In this document: piece by piece, positions 26,001-33,809 of the stretch
Layout: each line of letters starts with the position of its first letter
How positions within the stretch are numbered: the stretch's first letter is position 1
From: Tetramitus jugosus
Lineage: Eukaryota; Protista; Heterolobosea
Length of the DNA stretch: 64,000 nucleotides
Assembly (NCBI GenBank): GCA_937625935.1
Contig: OW569370.1
Span: 423,224 to 487,223, forward strand
Reading direction: 5' to 3'
Made by a program: the position numbers and the translations under genes
The notes under the pieces: model-generated
What the model was told of the DNA's origin: nothing
Seen by the model: only the letters and a program-made list of their open reading frames with translations
Databases searched by the model: none

Positions 26001-26717
26001 CAACGCACGCAACTTGGTTGATAGGTCAGTCTCTGTCTTTTCAATCATTAACAACAGGAACTGCTCTAGATTAAAAAACTGTGGTAAATCTGTCCGAAGT
26101 TTCACAATCTTTTCAGCTGTTTTGATGATATTATCCATCTTATTTCGGAATGCACTCTTTACAGAGAACATTCTCCTCCTTTTCTTCTTTACGACAGTAG
26201 ATACAAGAAACCCTGACATCCCATCATTTACAAACCGCCACCGTTTAAACATTTGAAATACGTGTTGCTGAAAGGAATTAATCAGAGAATCTAATTGGTC
26301 GTCCCTCTTTTCACTCACTGATATATTTAAAAGTGGCTGTGTGGTAGGACGGAAGGATGCTTGCCTTTTCTGAAAAAGATTCCATCCTATCTCCTCTGTT
26401 GGCTTTCGAAAAATATGATGGAGTTCCTTAATGGAATCCTGATTCAAACCTCCCGACCTAAACTTTAAATTGCTTGTATTGCAATCAATTGCTTCTTGAG
26501 GTTTTTCCTTTTGTTGTTGTGCTTCGATGTGTGCCCACCCTGTCCAGCTATGTTTAAATTCTGCTTTGTGGAATATCTCATCGAGATGACGAGCAGGGCC
26601 GGACTGACTTTCACTCACTGTGCTCGAATATGGAGGTTTACCTTTTGGGAGTAGGTGTTTACGCACCCATTCTTTCAGATCGCGAACGTAGGTCATATCA
26701 TCACTTCTCTTCTTCAT
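20100..26717 (-). CDS. 2205-aa SPRY-domain protein with truncated HECT-like C-terminus
   Basis: SPRY: LPGWFDGSIGYHSDG...VRLYPVL. CUB-like segment: VFFPYAKGMDIQF. HECT N-lobe-like: FEFFGRLLALVV...QQFNAIAKGF...IFTSEEL, then stop. Confidence 0.75.
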   Translation of the reverse strand: MKKRSDDMTYVRDLKEWVRKHLLPKGKPPYSSTVSESQSGPARHLDEIFHKAEFKHSWTGWAHIEAQQQKEKPQEAIDCNTSNLKFRSGGLNQDSIKELHHIFRKPTEEIGWNLFQKRQASFRPTTQPLLNISVSEKRDDQLDSLINSFQQHVFQMFKRWRFVNDGMSGFLVSTVVKKKRRRMFSVKSAFRNKMDNIIKTAEKIVKLRTDLPQFFNLEQFLLLMIEKTETDLSTKLRALAVLLFICVVFNRSLDMVLRLVFMFQRLSSDNKDVLDFEIPRDAMELFYNSIARLGRFSFLERKGEQKKKFSNKKGESYERIESIISNLCPGLPVDIAVHSDFKQETTVSNGIELILFYLCIELDRLLTEFENTSPKIANLTEKSTRPIFVDIPFVIHKNSLTSLSLILQNCVDQLGIATTKQSQVTQIFCITVFLKLLSVNIRNSNFDDQFNRTSFQSNHVRYGEVVSQIIEYCKCHSSADMSDLISILDQECTRVPSVSPIVYFLDNMNGISTATSIKMDLTLDDTETSDHYVMMCVSLQILLHHSPNNSSSLDGGRFMLLQRTLFDLLLSGLHRYSLLLKEEYGQVSGSNGIFYIKENYSNMFSLITLLFLSMPMPILESLASCKLQKMLDGLKIFIDVITRTPNCEQKAVIIDMLFSMVDNCIPITLWRGTNRLWLHPSNMLLRCGQSDAPAASSTIELLKYLLQTANMNELLCYMWRRYLHSIDSTILSFMQELSQTDENLFIQIRSCIKYIFVVQVYHTHNAHLLQEFLGKVEIAKFDDEFWVGYEKLWKYSVDFLFSIDLDRDSLSFKVHNIEEVCKYLLTILPLTETTEDDSSFIVQLSKLQDLLFRFLSTFACLEPLEADAEARIFSWKGLNELICHGFEDEMKERFKKHVTSMLKKVPEHISNCFACYSLSIMSCGSCLFDQISKEFNECYDNILQYFELDHNEQSIIQLVMTTIRLDFLVSDIVFHEPNISSSDVLNLFYNIGCDTLATHCGETYHPSIRQYSCIPNGRKLLSMRKRHLFFALAKLFTSERYEQLSFKAVFEVLDRIPRTVELLTSEEPISKQHGDEIYILFGVLYFQLMIILPNEESIKPGDIVRIDNGRTIAVLKSIDFSKNSVSVLPVSRGGNSLQDSQAELSIEDIDVEYSSFRAQLQKEFFQKVGIEALSRFKHILEVELHSNSFAIENCLGMMRTCVAKVLSSTSLASFIMHEPDIVKQSVSLAKTPLNFLNYHASKKKSQPTMDITCLTQEYNDDSETRVIDLCEYYHQMPCNIQTLHAYLSNDASFTSMIQYAERRRRFDELIEYLPSLIVCQPELRQFYQVDKLMVRSLGITPQRMIRANYCFPSTCQVISFALLVEEVSDQSFFAFGFVPETHDLNGLPGWFDGSIGYHSDGELHIANKTLLGNSTCISTYDVQSPLVPNDLFLVMFDQDIGTIDVIRNGTTIVSSVCLELHGVRLYPVLHISGTQTSVKLSFSLDETARKMKLSQDSSFHKIPNICDDGTAICWMDSSDQTEASSTQTLHELDSVQVGTVMMINDTSGDIHHSLGRYVVVVDMMKQWDRVRIAVIDKSGKVELLWINSCELTKNKHHPLLHPHTSIEDKSVILKQNYVAHPVLYAREFLQSCLTQSAPASLMVDILSDRQTLAVLFSNFIYNNISRMSTFWKYAEDTSSTFTNADLFNGFFLCSSANIANFVLSNTRSEYATNILHQLLKLIDECLSKYITRNGPYCRSFSSSRETHVTEVFFPYAKGMDIQFHASETVLEEDDQLAFSTTRNFDVNSDEGYVFNRNIPTNDQRLSSNKVYFCFKKSPNTQSKYSFTITPVEISFLNEESMIDCMWANPSILLWALNILTRVSLNKDAQALLSKSFKSQISKLIISSIEYLLLLHVPLKTSMANLLMTFSSNILPYCEDKQEFIFQLPDIESSRLNDISRAQRVAFIDYVCTLSRILDKSLLTTINFSNNPEAQPTPEIYDLFNLQFINNIHSNGHQLLAFNLSMDEKVDFADKVITVSSTTFDDQSLPVIIINWSELSDDSLFRILMEQLFSLPVLGVQKYCFGTGSCLRVLTGQSEESQPFKDTLDIAFAEIFEGRFRIFTQQEDKSYSPSMSFKNYGQFEFFGRLLALVVQNKISFRYVLEWRLWTFILFDYPCIDHDRGSVSFQQFNAIAKGFHCILSRHACSALRIFTSEELQQYVERSY

Positions 26718-26955
26718 TTTTGGCTTGATGTTTTTCTTGTGTTTCTCCGCTGATATTTTTGCGATGGTAAAATTTCGGTTTACAATGGAAACAAATTATT
26801 GTCAAGCTTGAAGTGCAACAAAAAATGCATTTTTTACTTTGCATCTAGCTCATGACGTTGAATCTGAATCTCTGAAATGGGTGTCACACTTTGGTTCAAA
26901 GGATCAGAATAAACCTTTTGAACTTTCATTAATATACAGCCGATAATCGGAGCTG

Positions 26956-28647
26956 TTAGAACCAAAATTTTGGTGCGTGATTGAGGAATCGAGACGTCAC
27001 AGTCCTGATGTCGACTTCAGTATCGAGAGCCGCCAACACGGAGCTTATTCCTCCATCTGCGTCGACGAATTCCGAATCGTTCTCCTGACGCTGCACACGA
27101 GCAATGGCTGCTTTGCTCTCTGCTTTCCAATCAACCTTAAAGAAAATAAATCCAACAAGGAAGAACCCAAGACAACAAATGGCGCAAGCCAACCCACACC
27201 AGAAGCCAAACGTTTTCAGATCAGCAATAAACGCCAATATAACACCCAACGGGAGACCCAAAAGATAAAATCCGAAGAATGCTCCACAAGCACAAACATA
27301 TTGTTTTCCTGTTCCTCGTAATATACCACCCGCAACCAATTGCATTCCATCAAACAATTGGAAAGCAGCAAGGATAGGCATGACCGAAGCAACAATCTTT
27401 CGTGCTTCAACATCCTTTGTCATTAATTTGGCGATGTACTCCCGAATTCCCACATATAGTCCACCAAACGAAGCCATCACCAAAGACCCAAAGATTATGG
27501 ATACCCAACAGTACCACATTGCCCTGTTATGCTTTTTTGAGCCCAACATTGAACCAATTCGCACACTCGCAGCAGAACCAATACCATTGGAGAAAGAGTA
27601 GGAAATCATGCTCAGATTCGCTAAAATACCATGAGCTGAAACATAGGACTCACCAAATCTAGCTGTAAGAAGTGAAACAATCTGAAAACAATAATGATCC
27701 ATTGCCAGCAATGCAGCACTTGGAATGGCCAATCCCAAGAAATCTCTCACTCCCTTCCATCTGAATATCGATTTTACGGTGTCCCTCGTCTGACGAAGAG
27801 CCAACAACATAGGACTTCGTTTATCTATCTCCATGGGTTCATCTTCTTTTTTTTCATCTCCTGATTGCTCTGATTGCGCCGATTGCTCTTGTGAACTCTT
27901 TTTCTTGGCCCTTGAAAGTTTGTATTTACGTCTGCACCTATTCACACAATTTCTGATCAACATGAGGAATAAAATCAGAAATAATACAACAAATCTTGAA
28001 ATTGTTGTTGACAAAGGAGATCCAATGAATCCAAGACCCTTGAATCTAATTCCATTGATGAGTAAATAGTTAAATAGAACATTTAGTCCTGTTCCCGTCA
28101 GTCCAACAACGCAAGGGATTAAGACATGATCTTGTGAAATCAGATAACCAGACAATATTTGATAAAATGCAGATGGTAGTAGCCCGGGTAGAAGTAGATA
28201 CAAGTATGTCCCTGCATGGCGAGCAATGTTTCGTTCATCAGTACGAACAATAGGAATGAATAAGTAATATGAGAAAGAAAATAATATAAATATTGGGACA
28301 AAAATCAACAAGGTCATTAGTATCGTTCGGTAGAGCACTAGCCTCATCACTTTTTCGTTCTTGCAGCCATAGGCTTGACTGACAAGAGTTTCTTCTGCGT
28401 TTATCATTCCTCCTGGAAAGGTCATAATTGCGAAAGAAAATGTTGTGGCAAGTGTGGAGGCAGCCAAGTATTCATTGTTGTTGAGATTGCCCAAAAATAT
28501 AATGTCAGTGAAGTCCATAGCAGCATGACTGATATGCACGATAGAGAGAGGAATTGCCAATTTGGCCATCTGCCAAATCTCCAGAAGAAGAGTCTTTAGA
28601 AAAGAAAGGGATTTCCTACAGAGAGTGGTGGATGTTCCTTTGCACAT
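26956..28647 (-). CDS. MATE family multidrug/toxin efflux transporter
   Basis: ETLVSQAYG, ASVRIGSMLG, FDGMQLVAGGILRGTGKQ, FYLLGLPLG; ~12 TM. Start placed at the ATG after the CAA-rich leader (the ORF extends to 28698). Confidence 0.93.
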   Translation of the reverse strand: MCKGTSTTLCRKSLSFLKTLLLEIWQMAKLAIPLSIVHISHAAMDFTDIIFLGNLNNNEYLAASTLATTFSFAIMTFPGGMINAEETLVSQAYGCKNEKVMRLVLYRTILMTLLIFVPIFILFSFSYYLFIPIVRTDERNIARHAGTYLYLLLPGLLPSAFYQILSGYLISQDHVLIPCVVGLTGTGLNVLFNYLLINGIRFKGLGFIGSPLSTTISRFVVLFLILFLMLIRNCVNRCRRKYKLSRAKKKSSQEQSAQSEQSGDEKKEDEPMEIDKRSPMLLALRQTRDTVKSIFRWKGVRDFLGLAIPSAALLAMDHYCFQIVSLLTARFGESYVSAHGILANLSMISYSFSNGIGSAASVRIGSMLGSKKHNRAMWYCWVSIIFGSLVMASFGGLYVGIREYIAKLMTKDVEARKIVASVMPILAAFQLFDGMQLVAGGILRGTGKQYVCACGAFFGFYLLGLPLGVILAFIADLKTFGFWCGLACAICCLGFFLVGFIFFKVDWKAESKAAIARVQRQENDSEFVDADGGISSVLAALDTEVDIRTVTSRFLNHAPKFWF

Positions 28648-28747
28648 TTTGTTGTTTGTTGGGTTTGTTGGTGTTCCTTCCAGTTGGCGCTGAACCATTA
28701 ATTGTTTATTACGTCACAAATCATCGGACTGACAGGAAAGGTCTTGT

Positions 28748-29698
28748 TTACAAAAGAAGGTATAAAACGGCCAAAGACGCTAGCAACAGCTTTGCGGGAT
28801 AGCCGTTTTGGGAAGAGGCGTCCCCTTTGGTATACATTAGAGCAAACTGGCCAGCGTCACCGTAAGAAATGATTCTACAACCTTGACACTGAGCTCGATT
28901 TAGGTCATACCAAGCCTTCAAGCAGAACCTATCACAAAAAGTGACATGCACCTGTCTGCTGGTAATGAGCGGGTAACACTCGGCTTGACTCTCAACGACT
29001 GTCACTTTCGCCTGGTTGTATGATTTCTTTACTTCATCATAGTAGGATGTGCCCGTCTGTACACAAATTTTGACATTTGGAAAATTCAAATCGTCCGTGG
29101 AGGTAAGGGCAAGATTTGAATCTAATTCACCACGTAAAAAAGCATCTCTTGTAGCAGCAAATGAGCAACCAAAATGAACCTGTGATGCTCTCTCAGGAAG
29201 CACTGTCGCTGTTGAAATAAGAACAGAGCAGTCCCCAGCATCAACAGAACCCTTGAGCAAATCAAACCAACCCTTGGAAGTGTCTACAGTATACCAGGAG
29301 TAATCCAGTGTAGGATTGTTGTAAACAAGACGCAGTTCTTTCACAAGTAAATCCATGTATCTTACATAAAAGCCATCTGTGTCACTGGTCATCCAAGGAG
29401 CTGTAAAATCACCATCTCTGCACACAACAAGGCTATTGTTTTTTAAAAGAGAATCAATATTTGGCAAATTTCCAGGTTCCAGAAGGGTAACGTTCGCTGT
29501 TGAGCAAATATCAACTTCAACCGGCCTAACACCATAAGAAACTTGTAGTGCTTGAATTTGACTGATATTTCTTGCAATAATCGCCTCAAGCACTTGACTC
29601 AAGTTGTTGACCTCTCCCAAGGGATAAATATTTGCTCCATTGGTGGACTGTGATAGGCACAATAGGCCAAGCATAAATACGAGTAAAAGCAGGCGCAT
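28748..29698 (-). CDS. Bacterial-type extracellular solute-binding protein (family 3, amino-acid binding), signal peptide and GPI-like tail
   Basis: WFDLLKGSVDAGDCSVLISTATVLPERASQVHF, DLNFPNVKICVQTGTSY; hydrophobic N-terminus and C-terminal LLLASLAVLYLLL. Confidence 0.8.
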   Translation of the reverse strand: MRLLLLVFMLGLLCLSQSTNGANIYPLGEVNNLSQVLEAIIARNISQIQALQVSYGVRPVEVDICSTANVTLLEPGNLPNIDSLLKNNSLVVCRDGDFTAPWMTSDTDGFYVRYMDLLVKELRLVYNNPTLDYSWYTVDTSKGWFDLLKGSVDAGDCSVLISTATVLPERASQVHFGCSFAATRDAFLRGELDSNLALTSTDDLNFPNVKICVQTGTSYYDEVKKSYNQAKVTVVESQAECYPLITSRQVHVTFCDRFCLKAWYDLNRAQCQGCRIISYGDAGQFALMYTKGDASSQNGYPAKLLLASLAVLYLLL

Positions 29699-29849
29699 GA
29701 TTTTCTTTTTCTTGTTGTTTTGATTTCCTCCGAGTAAACGTTCTCACGGACCAAATGTCAAGAATCGCATTGATGCGACCCGACGTGACATGTTGATTTT
29801 TGACGTCCGGCGCAGAAGATACGTTCGACGCAAAAAACAAAACAACAAA

Positions 29850-31043
29850 ATGCTCTCTCACTCTCTCCGTGCTCTCGCAGTACTCCTCTCAGTACTTTTT
29901 TTGGTGACCTTCTCTTGTGCTTCTGTTTCTGTACCTTCAGGTGGCAATGGTATCGGCCAAGGAGTTCATGACCAACTTGCTTTGGTTTATGAGAATTATG
30001 CAGACTTTGCCTTCAGTTTTAATTACACCGTCAGCGACGAAACAACTGCCATTGAGAAGGTTCTGTCAGCTGAATATATGTATGCCCTGTTCACGACTGT
30101 TCTTACCGATAAGCAGAAGGAAGAACAGACCGAGCTCAGAAACTTTCCCGTTTTTGCTTTTGGAATCTCTATCATCTACAACTTGCCAGAAATATCAAAT
30201 GTGACTTTAATTCTGGATCGTCCAACTATAGTTGCTATTTTTACAGGAAGTCTGACTACATGGAATGATCCAAGAATTCAAAATACCAACCCTGGTGTTA
30301 GTCTGCCAAACCAAGGTATCGAAGTTGTGGTTCCTCAAAACCCTTCTTCTATCACCACACTTTTCACTGAAGCTCTCTACAAATTTGACAACACTTCTTG
30401 GACTGAAGAACCACAGAACACTTGGCCATCTCCCCGCCCTAGCAATTTTAAATCTCTCTCCACGAACAACGAGGACGACACCCTCGCTCAATATGTCAAC
30501 AAAAATGCATATACTGTCGGATTTGCGGTGAAACGTACCAATATTGCCTTTGTTAACCAAGAATTTCAAATTATTAATCTGCACGGAAATACTGTAGCGA
30601 ACAACATTACTACTGTGCAAAGTGCCACTGAAGATTTTCAACCTGCAAGTGACGAAGATTTAGTGGATACTCTTCATATTGACTTTGATGTGATTGATGC
30701 TCCTGGTGCAAACTCTTGGCCAATTACAGGATTTATTTATGTGATCTTCAACAGTAACATTAAGCCAGCGGACTGTATTCCTGGATTGGGAGGTTTAAAG
30801 CTATTTCAGTACTCAAAAACAGCTCCATCATCGAAAACTATCATGAACAGTTTGGGTTTTGTCTCATTCGATTTTGCTCTTGACTCTTGTTTGGATATTC
30901 TGGGAAGTTTGAAGTGTCAGAACAAGAAGTACAAGGAGTACAGCATCCCCACAAGCGAAGTTTCTGGTGCCGCACAAAATAACTTTGTGTTCTTCCTTGT
31001 GGTCCTTCTTCCTCTCATATCTTGTGTAATTTCTTTACTGTAA
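29850..31043 (+). CDS. Divergent PstS-like solute-binding protein, signal peptide and GPI-like tail
   Basis: LILDRPTIVAIFTGSLTTWNDPRIQNTNP and APGANSWPITGFIY. The phosphate-binding RSDGSGT motif is replaced by PQNPSSIT. Confidence 0.82.
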   Translation: MLSHSLRALAVLLSVLFLVTFSCASVSVPSGGNGIGQGVHDQLALVYENYADFAFSFNYTVSDETTAIEKVLSAEYMYALFTTVLTDKQKEEQTELRNFPVFAFGISIIYNLPEISNVTLILDRPTIVAIFTGSLTTWNDPRIQNTNPGVSLPNQGIEVVVPQNPSSITTLFTEALYKFDNTSWTEEPQNTWPSPRPSNFKSLSTNNEDDTLAQYVNKNAYTVGFAVKRTNIAFVNQEFQIINLHGNTVANNITTVQSATEDFQPASDEDLVDTLHIDFDVIDAPGANSWPITGFIYVIFNSNIKPADCIPGLGGLKLFQYSKTAPSSKTIMNSLGFVSFDFALDSCLDILGSLKCQNKKYKEYSIPTSEVSGAAQNNFVFFLVVLLPLISCVISLL

Positions 31044-31271
31044 ACAATAAAACGGTTTTCAAATCAACATTAAATAGACCTGTTGTTTCACTCTTTTTCG
31101 GTCAAACTCGCGGGCGGCGATATTTCACTTTTCGGTCGGTGTCCATCACATGGCGTTTGACAGCATCAAATACCTTGCGAAAAATATACGATTTCATCGG
31201 CCACAACGACCACGAAACATCAAAACAAAAACAAAAAAATGCTCCAAACCAACGCAAAGGCGGATGATAAG

Positions 31272-33782
31272 ATGGATGATAGGGGGTTAGATGAATTGAC
31301 AGACAATGGTATGTTTCTTTTTTTGCCTGTGTTGGGGTTCTCAATAAGCTACTTTCTATGTTCTAACCGTTATTCTTTAGAGGCATATGAGTTGGATGTT
31401 CGAACTGTTGGTAATGAAATGACCGACATGAATAGTGTTGTTCAAACTAGCACTCTTTCAAATGGTGACACCGATTTAGATGACATGTTGCAGAATGCGC
31501 ACTTGCAAAAGGGTTTATTGAGACCTCTTGAGAGACTCCCTTTACCGGTCAAGTTGATTCTTTTGTTAGTGGTCTCTACGGTTGGTTTAATTGTTTTAGG
31601 TGCAATTTTGATTCAATTTGAAGCCAAGAATATTCAATCCAACAGAAAGGTTGCTAAATCATCTGGGGCTGTCACTGGTGTTGGTAATCTTATCCACGAG
31701 CTTCAAACTGAAAGAGCTCAAGCCCTACTTTTATTGAGTCCAACTGCTGATGTTTCAAGTCAATTGTTCTACTACAAGCAACAAATTACTACCACAAACG
31801 AAGAATTTTTGTCTTATCTCTCAGTCCTAAAGTCTCATACCTCCCTGGGAAGACAATATCGAGATGCTCTCCCAAAGGTGAAAACTATTCAAACAGAGCT
31901 TAGTGCTTTGAGAACTCTTACCCAGAATCTGGGTGTTACTGATTTGAGTGCCCTGGATTCATACACCTCACATCTGACTACTCTCCAGGATATTCTGACT
32001 GGATTTTTGGCACAGTCAATCAGTACCAACGTTGTCTCATACAACGTGTTGATTCGTCTCAAGGAATCGCTGTCTGTTTCTCAAGCGTTCATGGCTGTAC
32101 AACTGACAAAAACTACCATTGAATCCTCTTCTATCAACACATTTGTGGTGTATACAGGACAGACAAGTGCATTAAGAAGCATGTTTGAGGCTGTATCGAG
32201 CTCGTCAGTTCTTGCCCAGTTCTACAAGGCCTTTCCGCAAGAAAATGATCAGTTGGATGAAATAACACAAGCCATTATCGATGATCCGGCTAACAGAAAC
32301 ATTGGCGCTCAAGCATGGTATATTGTGAACAATATTCGTCTCGAAAAACTCCATCGTCTGGAGAATACCTTGGGGAAAATCATAGCTGGGGCTTCGAGGG
32401 ACCAACTTCAAAACTCAAAGGTCAGAATTGGTGTCATTTTGATGTTGATTGTTCTGTTTTGGGTTGGTAGCATTGCTGCCGCGCTGATGTTCAGTCAAAT
32501 TATTACTGGTCCATGGCAAAGAATGGTTAAAGTTCAAAATTTGACAATCAAGCGATTTGTACCAAAGGGATTCTTAAGGATGCTGAAGATCAACAAGATA
32601 GCTGATCTATCTTTAAGCAAGTCCCTTCAACGCGATTTATCAGTCATGTATATTCACATCAAAAGTGTGAATTCTGATCTGTCCTTCGATCACATGAAAC
32701 CAAATGAGGTGTTTGCGCTGTTGAACAAGTATCTTGATGCTGCTGGTCCTGTTATTCGTAAATATGGAGGCTATATTGATAAATTTTTAGGAGAAAAATT
32801 GTTGGTAGCCTTCCCATCCTACGGTAATTCGATGAGATGTAGTCTGGAGCTGCAAAACTTACTACCAGAGTTTAATCAAACTCTCGAGTCTGATATGCCA
32901 AAGGTCTTCTCTGCGATCGGAATTTATGTTGGAAAGGTGCTCGTGGGTACTGTTGGCGAAAATGATCGTATTGACGGCCAGATTATTGGTGATACCGTCA
33001 AGCTCGCCGCTAAACTTCAAGAGTTCTCCAAGGTTTTCAATACCAAGATTGTGACATCCCTTGACTGTTTGAGACACATCAAAGGAGATCAAACACATAT
33101 TATCACACGACCTCTCGGTATGATTAGAACAAAAAACAAGGGAAAGAAGAGTTTAATTCAAGTTGTTGAGGTAATCGACCAGTCAGAAGCAAAGAGGATT
33201 GAGTCGATCAAGACTTTTAATGACGTGGTCTCTTCCATGAACCAACATGATTATGCCAAAGCGATCGAACTGCTAGAACAGGTAATTGTCAACGACAAAA
33301 CTGACTTCACTGCTGTGCGAGTTAAAAATCAATGTGTCAAATTTATGAAGCGCTTGGATAAGCAGGTCGCAAGAATCAGCCTTATTCATGATGTTATGTT
33401 GCATCCTGAACTCTGGGAGGACTTCGAGCAATTTTGTGTCTCAGAACAGTCAGATGAAAACTATAAGTTCTGGATGGCCATCGAGCAAGATTACAACAAA
33501 GCCAAAACTAAGGAAGAAAGAAAACAAGTTGTGAGGGTGATCCTCATGAACTATCTTGTTGCTGACGCTCCTCTCAAGGTAAATACAAGTGCTTCGAGGA
33601 CAGCTTTTATTCAGAAAGCACTAGAGGAAGAAAACCTTCATGATAACTTGTTCGAGGATTTGAAGAAAGAGATTGAGCATTTAATGACAGATACCTTCAC
33701 TCGTTACAAGAGAACTGAAAGAATCAAAGAAATTATGAAAAAGAGCATGCCTCCATGTGCGCTTGACTTTAATGACAACTGA
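31272..33782 (+). CDS. Membrane receptor: TM-NIT sensor-TM-class III cyclase-like domain-RGS domain; likely in-frame intron 31309-31380
   Basis: NIT-like LIHELQTERA between two TMs. Cyclase fold LLNKYL..VIRKYGGYIDKFLG..IGIYVGKVLVGTVG..IGDTV. RGS FEQFCVSEQSDENYKFW..YL..APLKVN..DTFTRY. The 72-nt GTATGT..CTAAC..TAG intron contains no stop. Confidence 0.85.
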   Translation: MDDRGLDELTDNGMFLFLPVLGFSISYFLCSNRYSLEAYELDVRTVGNEMTDMNSVVQTSTLSNGDTDLDDMLQNAHLQKGLLRPLERLPLPVKLILLLVVSTVGLIVLGAILIQFEAKNIQSNRKVAKSSGAVTGVGNLIHELQTERAQALLLLSPTADVSSQLFYYKQQITTTNEEFLSYLSVLKSHTSLGRQYRDALPKVKTIQTELSALRTLTQNLGVTDLSALDSYTSHLTTLQDILTGFLAQSISTNVVSYNVLIRLKESLSVSQAFMAVQLTKTTIESSSINTFVVYTGQTSALRSMFEAVSSSSVLAQFYKAFPQENDQLDEITQAIIDDPANRNIGAQAWYIVNNIRLEKLHRLENTLGKIIAGASRDQLQNSKVRIGVILMLIVLFWVGSIAAALMFSQIITGPWQRMVKVQNLTIKRFVPKGFLRMLKINKIADLSLSKSLQRDLSVMYIHIKSVNSDLSFDHMKPNEVFALLNKYLDAAGPVIRKYGGYIDKFLGEKLLVAFPSYGNSMRCSLELQNLLPEFNQTLESDMPKVFSAIGIYVGKVLVGTVGENDRIDGQIIGDTVKLAAKLQEFSKVFNTKIVTSLDCLRHIKGDQTHIITRPLGMIRTKNKGKKSLIQVVEVIDQSEAKRIESIKTFNDVVSSMNQHDYAKAIELLEQVIVNDKTDFTAVRVKNQCVKFMKRLDKQVARISLIHDVMLHPELWEDFEQFCVSEQSDENYKFWMAIEQDYNKAKTKEERKQVVRVILMNYLVADAPLKVNTSASRTAFIQKALEEENLHDNLFEDLKKEIEHLMTDTFTRYKRTERIKEIMKKSMPPCALDFNDN

Positions 33783-33809
33783 AACATGTACAAACTTTTA
33801 TTAGTAAAA

